Assembly: GCA_029259155.1 (NCBI GenBank)
Contig: JAPDJI010000047.1
Coordinates: 1 to 15,759 of the forward strand
Direction: 5' to 3'
Length of the DNA stretch: 15,759 nt
Source of the DNA: Candidatus Methanomethylicia archaeon
GTDB taxonomy: Archaea > Thermoproteota > Methanomethylicia > Nezhaarchaeales > B40-G2
In this document: positions 7,342 to 14,774 of the stretch, piece after piece
Layout of the letters: each line of letters starts with the position of its first letter
Numbering within the stretch: the first letter of the stretch is position 1
Translations under genes and position numbers: made by a program
The notes under the pieces: generated by a model
What the model saw: the letters and a program-made list of their open reading frames with translations, nothing else
What the model was told of the DNA's origin: nothing
Databases searched by the model: none

Positions 7342-7836
7342 TTATCCGCTAACCACGTTGAAGCCTACCGTCTCATCCGCAGCGTAAGGAGCCCAATCGG
7401 CACCTATTACGCTTATCCAGCCGTTCCACACCATGGCCTTGGCCTTATAGGGACCTAGTGGTGCGTCCAGTGATAACATACCAGCTCCTGAATAGCTCTT
7501 AGTCTCCTCCTGGCTTATGGTGACCTCAGCGGAAGTCAAGATAATCATCCTGTCTGATGGGTCATCTATCCTTACGAGACCTAGGAAGGTTACAGTCGGA
7601 TCAGCGTCGTAGTTTAAGGGGAAGTTTACCGTAACTATGACGTTAACCATCTCCCCTCTTATGAAGCTGGTTTTGGAAGCGCCGCTGGTATCGGCTGTCC
7701 TAACGTCAGTTATCGTTAACCAGTATGAGTCCTGCGCGAGCACGACAGTAGTAGCACCAATCATTATTGCGAGCATTATCAACCCGAGTATAATTAACCC
7801 GCGTTTTCTAATGATAGTCGAGTTCAACTTCAGCAC
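7342..7836 (-). CDS. Secreted single Ig/MG-like beta-sandwich protein
   Basis: Signal peptide RKRGLIILGLIMLAIMIGATTVVLA|Q, then SFIRGEMVNV...DP...APLGPYKA...FNVV, a divergent version of the module in the neighbouring genes. No C-terminal anchor. Confidence 0.85.
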   Translation of the reverse strand: MLKLNSTIIRKRGLIILGLIMLAIMIGATTVVLAQDSYWLTITDVRTADTSGASKTSFIRGEMVNVIVTVNFPLNYDADPTVTFLGLVRIDDPSDRMIILTSAEVTISQEETKSYSGAGMLSLDAPLGPYKAKAMVWNGWISVIGADWAPYAADETVGFNVVSG

Positions 7837-7866
7837 CCTTGCTAGGCTTGTATCGCTATACTATGG

Positions 7867-7882
7867 TATATTAAGTTTTCCG
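7867..7882 (-). promoter_or_regulatory. Near-consensus BRE-TATA promoter for the 7342-7836 gene
   Basis: Minus strand CGGAAAAC-TTAATATA, 30 nt upstream of GTG 7836, with an A-rich tract further upstream. Confidence 0.65.
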
Positions 7883-7912
7883 CTACTGCGATTTAATTTT
7901 TAATTTCTCTCC

Positions 7913-8299
7913 TTAACCCTGCTCTGAGACGTTAAACAAAGCAGTAGAATAAGCTCCTCCTCCAGCTATATGAATTGTATAATTACCTGTGGGGACGTTA
8001 GTCGGGAGTGTAAAACTGCTTTGAAACTGTCCGTTTCTTACTTCTACTTGGTCAACCCAGATGATGATGTTTCCTGGGCCTCTCACCTCGATGCCTATTG
8101 GGCTTCCCTCAGGGATTCCTTCAACGCTACCAGTTATTGTCACAGCGTCGCCTGGATGATAGGAGGCTTTATCGGTTGATATATGTATAGCAACGTTGAT
8201 TGAAGGCTGCTGGCTCGGCGAAGGTATGGTCAAGTAGAGGACGAGGCCCGCCACGATCAACAAAACAATGATCGCGATGCCGACCGTCTCCAGCCTCAA
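7913..8299 (-). CDS. Membrane-anchored single MG2-like (macroglobulin/Ig-like) domain protein
   Basis: N-terminal hydrophobic helix VGIAIIVLLIVAGLVLYL with no basic n-region or AxA cleavage site, linker PSPSQQPS, then STDKASYHPGDAVTITG (TDKxxYxPG[DE]xV MG2-type signature)...WVDQV...GQFQSSFTLP...TGNYTI. Confidence 0.85.
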   Translation of the reverse strand: MRLETVGIAIIVLLIVAGLVLYLTIPSPSQQPSINVAIHISTDKASYHPGDAVTITGSVEGIPEGSPIGIEVRGPGNIIIWVDQVEVRNGQFQSSFTLPTNVPTGNYTIHIAGGGAYSTALFNVSEQG

Positions 8300-8330
8300 G
8301 ATAAATCCCGTCTACGGCTATCTTCTCTCT

Positions 8331-8372
8331 GAATATTTTAAATTTACGACGTCGAGGATACAATCTTATATA
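8331..8372. promoter_or_regulatory. Divergent promoter pair between the small MG genes and the large surface protein
   Basis: Plus strand CTTATATA at 8365-8372, 40 nt before TTG 8412. Minus strand TTTAAAATA at 8343-8335, about 35 nt before TTG 8299. Confidence 0.5.
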
Positions 8373-8411
8373 GGAAGAGTAAAGAGTAATCTTTCGCAAG
8401 GTGGAGAAGAG

Positions 8412-11400
8412 TTGAAATTGAGCAAGCTTTACTCTAGTGAAATAAAACGTTTCACCGCGCTTCTAATGATATTAATGATTACCTTTTCAACAACGGCTAT
8501 CTTAGTGGTTAAAGGTCAACAAACGGTCGTCACGGTTCAGACAGATGCAACAAGCTATACACTTGGAGAGTTAGTTACGGTTACAGGGATGGTTAGAAGC
8601 AACGGTAACCCCGTGGCAGGTGAACCTGTCGGTATCATGGTTTTAGGGCCCAACGAAGAGGTTATATGGGTAGATCAGGTAACCACCGACGAATCGGGAC
8701 AATACCTCTCAAGCTTTAGACTTCCACATACGGCACCTACAGGCACATATAACGTCAGCGTCTCTTCAGCCAACGTATTTAACTCGACGACTTTCCAAGT
8801 AACTGCTGGAACATACTCCATTACGGTGGACACTGATAGAGACGCCTACGTGGCTGGCGAGATGGTTACGGTAAACGGCTACGTATACATTGACGGCGTA
8901 GGCGTTCCAGGCGTGAGCGTAGGCATAATGGTGCTCGATCCTCAAAATAGGACCGTATGGGTAGACCAGGTCTCAACCGATGCTCAAGGCAGGTATGAGT
9001 CGTCCTTCAGGTTGCAGGATGGAGCGGCTACAGGCACGTATAACGTAACGGTCGCTTCTCTAGGCGCCTATGCAGAAACCACTTTCAATGTGGTCGAACC
9101 TACAAGGGTCAACGTAACCATATACGTCTACAATACTGCAACGGGCGACCCTATACCTAATGCTAGCGTTACGTTATGGGACCACTTTACGGCTCAATGG
9201 CTAAACGGCACGACGACAAACTCTACAGGCGTAGCGGTGATGGAGACGTGGGGGCACATACGCTTCGACGTGGTGGTCTATAAGACAGGCTACGGCACCG
9301 TGGTTGAAGGTAGACAGCAGGGCTACTTGGTAAGTGATAATAGTGGACAAGGCTACTTGGGCGAGCAGTACTTATCGTTCGGGCTTACCACTGTAGGTGT
9401 CGGAATACTCGAAGGCTACATTACCCAGGCGACTGACAACACCCCTCTCGAAAACGCCGAGGTAAGCATACTCTTCAAGCATAACGGTAAGCAATACTGG
9501 GCCAACTCGACGCGAACCGATAGTAGTGGACACTACTTCATTCGTGTGAACGTAGGGGAATGGAAAGTATGGGTAGACCGCAAGATATGGATCGACGAGA
9601 TCCAAGACTGGAGCTTAACTCACATGGGCACTTACTTCGAGATAGTTGTGTCCGCGGGAGGGTCGTTGACGAAGAGTATCGGGTTATGGCCAAGAGGCCT
9701 TGTAACCCTCAACAGCTTAACGGTCAGCGACGAGGGCTCCGTTACATCCTTCTACGTGCTTCTGGTAAACGACACCTATGGAGGCATGCTCTTCGTAGAC
9801 GAGTTGCTGGTGACAGAGCTACCTATCAATGTTACCATTCCGGCTATACAAGGCTGGCTAGTGGTCATAGCTCCTCCGCCCGCCTTCATGGTCTACAGCT
9901 ACTACCTAAACTGGAGCGACACCGACCCATCGAACCCCGTTAAGGTTAACGTGACACTAACCCGCTTCGAGCACCTGATATGGAGCTACCCAAGCGATGC
10001 GGAAAACGATAGGTTGCCGGGTCGCATGACTGTGGTTGTCCACGTTGAGTCCTACGAGATGATCGGTGGCGAACCAGCACCTACAGGGCCAGTAGACCCT
10101 GCTGAAGGCTCGAGTGTGGGGGTCTACACGATGATCGATAGAGGTTACGGAACCCCAACGATATGGAACAGCTACGGTGTAGCTATAAGGACAGGAGTAG
10201 GCGCCTTCTACCGAACCCTAGAACTTGGGGAAGCTGAGCCAGGCTACTACCCATGTATGGTAGCAGTCAGAAACGCTACAGGCCACTTCATAGATGTAGG
10301 CTACTTCTACTACAACATCTTCCCGTACCAGCTTCAGTGCATAGGGGCTAAAGGTAAATATCAGCCTAGCGAACACGTCGTCTTCAAGTTCCTCGTCTAC
10401 GGCAGCCAAGGCTATATCGATGACGCCAACGTACTATACACTGTATACGACGGACAATGGAGATTCGTGACAGGAGGCTACGCGTCGAGAGGGACCGAGA
10501 CCTTCGGTATACACAGCAGAACCGTCACAGCATATACGGTAAACATCACTGCGGGGACGCTAGACGTAGGCTACTACCACTTAATCGTTGATGTGGAGAA
10601 CGGTAAGGAGAGATCCTTCGACTTCTGGATCATCGATCATCCGACCGTGGCCTTCAAGGGTCATGTGATGAACTATACTATCTTAGACCTGTTCTCACCT
10701 GAGCATGGCAGCTACGTTATAATGGCTAACGCTACAGGCCACTTCGATACACGACTACCTGCAGGAACCTACTCAGCTTGGTTCCACTTCGACGATAAGG
10801 CCACGCCCGGCATAGACGCGCGCGACAACAGCATGACGTTGACGCTCGGCTCCGACGTATACTTCCCCATAGGCTTCCCTGAATACGAGTGGCGGCCTGT
10901 CGTACCTGCCTTCGAAGTTAACGGCACAGTCTTCCACGACGTTGATGGAGATGGAATTAGAGACCCAGGCGAACCGGTGATACCGGGGGTCAGTATAAGA
11001 GCTCAAAGCTCAAGAGGCGTTGAAGTCGAGTGGCGAATGTCGGAGCCTGACGGCTCCTTCGCGATGCTCTTGGCGACAGGGGACATATATAGGATCATAG
11101 CTGGGATAGGCACCTACTGGCAACGCACTGTCCCAGAGGTAGGTTTAGGGCTAAGTGCAGGCGATCTCATTAGCATCGACGTTCCCTTAGAGAGGTTAGC
11201 TTCAGGCATCATAACAGGCTACGTCATGTTGGACAACGGCACGCTTCTAACCACTGCTCAACTACACTTCATGGACAGGTTCTGGACGTGGCTGGGTAGC
11301 GCTTCAACGAACAGCACTGGAGGCTACTACTTTGAGGCGCCCGCTGACACGACGCTTAACATATGGGTCGACCCAGGCGTCCCAGGCGTCATGGGCAAGC

Positions 11401-13616
11401 CGATAACAGACGTGACGGTAGGCGTAAACGCGACGCTGGTACTAAACATCACCCTCTACAGGTCCTGTAGGGTTACTGGACAAGCAAATACCCAGGTTCA
11501 GATATTGCTGCTCGACGAAAATCTCACACGTGTCTGGTGGGATATGTGGTCGGACTACGATGGATCCTTTGACCTCGAAGTACCCGTCAACGTCAGATAC
11601 ATCCTCCTATGGGCCTGGAACTACGTCCCGGCCAACGTCACCGTCGACCTGTCAGCTGGTGGCACAGTAGATTTAGGCACCATAACGTTAACTGAGTGCA
11701 GCGACCAAGTAGACATAAACATCCATCCTAGAGGATGGGAGTGGACATGGATGGTGGGAGAAACCGTAGACTTCATAACGGAGCTGTACGAGGTGACAAC
11801 ATGGGAGCCGCTCCAAAACGCTTATATCAAGTTCTGGGTCTGGTACTGGGATAACGGCACGCTGATTCGCCAAGGCTTCTTAAACGAGACCACTCCGGGG
11901 GTCTATGAAGGAAACTTCACGGCTCCTTACAGCGGCCACTACAGAGTGATTGTCAACGCCAGCATACCAGCGTTGGGCAACGTCTGGTATACTGCTTCAG
12001 ACTTCTGGGTGAGCGCCTCGGATAAACGGCTATATCTCATAAACGCTAGCGGAGACTATGCTTTAAGCGATGTACAGGCTGGTGGAGCCGCCATCTACGT
12101 AACCTTAAACAGCACGACAACAGGCTCCGGCGTAGAAAACTACCCTGTATGGTTCGAGGTGAGGAGCTTCGACCCAGATACATGGTACATGGAGACGGTG
12201 TATCCGAGAACCGCCGCTGAGGACCTTGGTGGAGGGCTATACAAGGTTACCATTCCATCGACCCTAAGCGCTGGGAGCTACACGGTTGACATCTACGCTG
12301 GCGAGTGGGAGACCTCGACTCAAGCCTTCTTCAGGATAGTTGAAACCCCGCTTGACAGAGCCGGCATCTATGGCTGGGTAACCAGAAGCCCGGAGCCTGT
12401 GAGAGGCGCGATCGTGGAGGCATGGGTTGAAGGACTACCATACCTATACGTTACCAGGACCGATCCGAGCGGCTTCTATAACCTGAGCGTACCTGTCATG
12501 CAGGCTTACCACGTCCACGTATACTTCGACAACGCGACGACCAGTGGACTAGACTATACGAGCATACCTGAATGGAGAAGGGTTGAGGTGAGGCTGCTCA
12601 ACGTGCTCAACAACGTGACCCTAGCAAGGACGGAGCTCGTAGAGCTCGTAATCGTCGATCAGAACGACAACCCGGTACCGGCGGACGTATTGGTCTGGGA
12701 TAGGACGAGCACCCCGGTCAGGCTAGTGATGTGGGCGTACACGTGGAAAGGGCCAGGACTATTCTCGGAGAAACTGAAGGAAGGACTCTACACGTTCGAA
12801 ATACGCCCCATAGAGAGCTGGAGCTTCGGCTACTTCTTCAAGCCGGCTACCGCTATAAGCGCAGATCCTCCAACTCCTGATAGATTCGAGGTGACAATGC
12901 CCTACACTGACTTATGGAGCGACTGGCAGATCATCTCAGTATGGGGCGACGTAGACCCGTGGAGAGCTAAGCCAGGTGAGAGCATCACGATAAGCATACC
13001 ATTAAGCATGCTTCAAGGACTAGCCGACGACCCAGCCGACTACCTAGCAAACCACACCACCAACTTCCTCGAAGTATTCAGGTGGGTCCCAGGCACCATG
13101 CCTGAGGGGTACATGTTCAACATTACTTCATGGGAGCTCGTACAGGGCGAGGAAGGTTCAGAGGACACCCTGCGCACCACGTTCAACATACCTTCAAACT
13201 TCGACGCAGGCGACTACGGCATAAGGATATATTTCATCGACGAGGCGCAGAAGATCTTAGTCTCAGCGGAGATGGGCTTCCTCATAGCTGAGGTGGACAT
13301 AGGCTTCGCCGTGGTCCCATGGACTGTCGAGCGCGGAGGCAACGTCATGGCAGCTGTCCTAATACTCGGAGACCAGGGACCCGTCACTGGAGCTGACGTG
13401 GCCATCGAGGTATACAACGAGACATGGAGCCTCGTCTCCGTCATACCCGCTAGCGAGGTTGCTGCTGGGATATACGCTGCCAACTACACGGTGCCTGCTA
13501 ACTACGGTGCTGGGTGGTGGACGATGAAGGCCATCGTTACAATAGAAGGCAGAGAAGCTGTGGCTTACCAGGGCTTCTACGTCTCAGGCGGTGAAGGCGA
13601 AGGTTATCCGCTTTAA
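8412..13616 (+). CDS. Large (~1734 aa) secreted multidomain surface glycoprotein with MG-like, carboxypeptidase-regulatory/Cna-B-like and SdrD-B-like modules
   Basis: Start moved from the ORF-track 8268 to TTG 8412 (GGTGGAG RBS, upstream TATA, removes the overlap with the divergent gene). Signal peptide KRFTALLMILMITFSTTAILVVKG. Repeated GxIxGxV...TxxxGxY modules and NGTVFHDVDGDGIRDPGEPVIPGV. About 37 N-x-S/T sequons by hand count. No C-terminal TM. Confidence 0.9.
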   Translation: MKLSKLYSSEIKRFTALLMILMITFSTTAILVVKGQQTVVTVQTDATSYTLGELVTVTGMVRSNGNPVAGEPVGIMVLGPNEEVIWVDQVTTDESGQYLSSFRLPHTAPTGTYNVSVSSANVFNSTTFQVTAGTYSITVDTDRDAYVAGEMVTVNGYVYIDGVGVPGVSVGIMVLDPQNRTVWVDQVSTDAQGRYESSFRLQDGAATGTYNVTVASLGAYAETTFNVVEPTRVNVTIYVYNTATGDPIPNASVTLWDHFTAQWLNGTTTNSTGVAVMETWGHIRFDVVVYKTGYGTVVEGRQQGYLVSDNSGQGYLGEQYLSFGLTTVGVGILEGYITQATDNTPLENAEVSILFKHNGKQYWANSTRTDSSGHYFIRVNVGEWKVWVDRKIWIDEIQDWSLTHMGTYFEIVVSAGGSLTKSIGLWPRGLVTLNSLTVSDEGSVTSFYVLLVNDTYGGMLFVDELLVTELPINVTIPAIQGWLVVIAPPPAFMVYSYYLNWSDTDPSNPVKVNVTLTRFEHLIWSYPSDAENDRLPGRMTVVVHVESYEMIGGEPAPTGPVDPAEGSSVGVYTMIDRGYGTPTIWNSYGVAIRTGVGAFYRTLELGEAEPGYYPCMVAVRNATGHFIDVGYFYYNIFPYQLQCIGAKGKYQPSEHVVFKFLVYGSQGYIDDANVLYTVYDGQWRFVTGGYASRGTETFGIHSRTVTAYTVNITAGTLDVGYYHLIVDVENGKERSFDFWIIDHPTVAFKGHVMNYTILDLFSPEHGSYVIMANATGHFDTRLPAGTYSAWFHFDDKATPGIDARDNSMTLTLGSDVYFPIGFPEYEWRPVVPAFEVNGTVFHDVDGDGIRDPGEPVIPGVSIRAQSSRGVEVEWRMSEPDGSFAMLLATGDIYRIIAGIGTYWQRTVPEVGLGLSAGDLISIDVPLERLASGIITGYVMLDNGTLLTTAQLHFMDRFWTWLGSASTNSTGGYYFEAPADTTLNIWVDPGVPGVMGKPITDVTVGVNATLVLNITLYRSCRVTGQANTQVQILLLDENLTRVWWDMWSDYDGSFDLEVPVNVRYILLWAWNYVPANVTVDLSAGGTVDLGTITLTECSDQVDINIHPRGWEWTWMVGETVDFITELYEVTTWEPLQNAYIKFWVWYWDNGTLIRQGFLNETTPGVYEGNFTAPYSGHYRVIVNASIPALGNVWYTASDFWVSASDKRLYLINASGDYALSDVQAGGAAIYVTLNSTTTGSGVENYPVWFEVRSFDPDTWYMETVYPRTAAEDLGGGLYKVTIPSTLSAGSYTVDIYAGEWETSTQAFFRIVETPLDRAGIYGWVTRSPEPVRGAIVEAWVEGLPYLYVTRTDPSGFYNLSVPVMQAYHVHVYFDNATTSGLDYTSIPEWRRVEVRLLNVLNNVTLARTELVELVIVDQNDNPVPADVLVWDRTSTPVRLVMWAYTWKGPGLFSEKLKEGLYTFEIRPIESWSFGYFFKPATAISADPPTPDRFEVTMPYTDLWSDWQIISVWGDVDPWRAKPGESITISIPLSMLQGLADDPADYLANHTTNFLEVFRWVPGTMPEGYMFNITSWELVQGEEGSEDTLRTTFNIPSNFDAGDYGIRIYFIDEAQKILVSAEMGFLIAEVDIGFAVVPWTVERGGNVMAAVLILGDQGPVTGADVAIEVYNETWSLVSVIPASEVAAGIYAANYTVPANYGAGWWTMKAIVTIEGREAVAYQGFYVSGGEGEGYPL
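8529..9095 (+). repeat. Two tandem 97-aa (291-nt period) MG-like modules
   Basis: TVQTDATSYTLGELVTVTG..VGIMVLGP..WVDQVTTD..GQYLSSFRL..TGTYNV vs TVDTDRDAYVAGEMVTVNG..VGIMVLDP..WVDQVSTD..GRYESSFRL..TGTYNV. Confidence 0.9.
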
Positions 13617-13632
13617 GCCACCATAAGAACCC

Positions 13633-13667
13633 TTTTATATTTTATATCCCTCTTAATTTCTTTTTAA
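13633..13667 (+). terminator. T-rich archaeal terminator after the large surface gene, possibly also the TATA for the radical SAM gene
   Basis: TTTTATATTTTTATAT...TTAATTTCTTTTTAA starting about 16 nt after the stop. Confidence 0.5.
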
Positions 13668-13679
13668 TCTACGCGAGGT

Positions 13680-14756
13680 TTGAACAGCATGGGGGTGAGC
13701 GTTAACCTCAACGCTGCCAAGGCCTTACTGAAGAACGCTCTTCGCCCAGGCATCGTTAAGGTCAACATAGCGGTGACCTACGCGTGTAATTATAGATGTA
13801 AAACCTGCAACATCTGGCGTTTATACCTGGACAAACCTGAGCTGAAATCCATGGAGCTCTCCTATAAGGAACACGAAGAACTCTATAGGGAAAACCGTGA
13901 TGTCGTTTGGCTGAGCTTTACTGGCGGCGAACCATTTCTTAGAGAAGACTTCGATGACATAGTTACCTCAGCGGTGGAAAACATCCGTGGATTAAAGCTT
14001 ATCAACGTAGCCACCAACGGATCCATGCCCGTGAAGGTTGAACGCCTCGTTGAAAAAGTTCTAAGCGCGCGCCCTGACCTCTTACTCTTCGTCGAGGTGA
14101 GCTTAGATGGCTGCGAAAAGCTACATAACTATGTGAGAGGTTTTCCTCAAGCCTATCGAAACTCCCTTGAAACCTTTAGGAGGTTGCGCAGGTTAAAAGC
14201 GGAGGGATTAAACGTCAGGTTCGAGTATACATTGTCTAGGTTCAACGCGGGCTTACTCAGGAAGCTCCTAGAAGACCTTAATAGCCAAGGCCTACATGTC
14301 TCCGTGGATGACTTCGTGGTCACCTTGGCTCATAACTCACCTTACTACAACAACGAGGAGATGGGCAGTATAGCTCCTCCTATGGATAAAGCTATTGATG
14401 AGCTCTCATGGATCTCCAGCAAGCTCTCTAAGCGAAGCTTACTTAACTTGGTGCCCTTAATTTACCTTAAGCTTAGCTCAAGGTTCTTTAAGGGCTGGAG
14501 GCCTCCATGCGTGGCTGGATCACACTCATGTTTCATAGATCCTTTCGGCAGGGTCTACCCATGCATAACGGTTAGGTACGAGCTCGCGGACCTGAGGAGG
14601 GACGGCTTTAACTTAAAGCAAGCTTTCTCGGGCCCTAGAGCCAGGTTTTTCAGGGAGAACCTCAGGCCTAGGTGTCCAACCTGCTGGACCCCCTGTGAAG
14701 CTTATCAAAGCATCGTGTTTAAACCATTAGGTTTCCTTCCATACCTTCTCAGTTAA
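13680..14756 (+). CDS. Radical SAM protein with C-terminal SPASM/twitch domain
   Basis: CNYRCKTC (CxxxCxxC), FTGGEPFLR, TNG, SLDG; C-terminal CVAG...IDPFGRVYPC...CPTCWTPC. GAGGT RBS before TTG (ATG 13689 is an alternative start). Confidence 0.93.
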   Translation: MNSMGVSVNLNAAKALLKNALRPGIVKVNIAVTYACNYRCKTCNIWRLYLDKPELKSMELSYKEHEELYRENRDVVWLSFTGGEPFLREDFDDIVTSAVENIRGLKLINVATNGSMPVKVERLVEKVLSARPDLLLFVEVSLDGCEKLHNYVRGFPQAYRNSLETFRRLRRLKAEGLNVRFEYTLSRFNAGLLRKLLEDLNSQGLHVSVDDFVVTLAHNSPYYNNEEMGSIAPPMDKAIDELSWISSKLSKRSLLNLVPLIYLKLSSRFFKGWRPPCVAGSHSCFIDPFGRVYPCITVRYELADLRRDGFNLKQAFSGPRARFFRENLRPRCPTCWTPCEAYQSIVFKPLGFLPYLLS

Positions 14757-14774
14757 GGGTTTGAGAGGGTTTAC

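Noticed and set aside
8268-8411. ORF-track N-terminal extension of the giant protein (48 aa)
   Set aside because: It overlaps the divergent gene and spans its own TATA box; RBS and signal-peptide position point to TTG 8412.
7637-13483. Shadow ORFs 7637-7903, 7970-8179, 8169-8399, 9372-9605, 9560-9943, 10218-10409, 10773-11006, 11688-11873, 13214-13483
   Set aside because: They overlap better-supported surface-protein genes and have no recognisable features.
8412-13616. Giant protein as a true alpha-2-macroglobulin
   Set aside because: Size and MG-like modules are suggestive, but there is no CxEQ thioester motif (only LGEQ) and no evident helical thioester domain.
13680-14756. Radical SAM enzyme as an anaerobic sulfatase maturase for the AlkP protein
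   Set aside because: The AlkP protein lacks the [CS]xPxR formylglycine motif (it has SCHPPITIPAW), and the rSAM C-terminus has only five Cys, fewer than a full anSME SPASM set.
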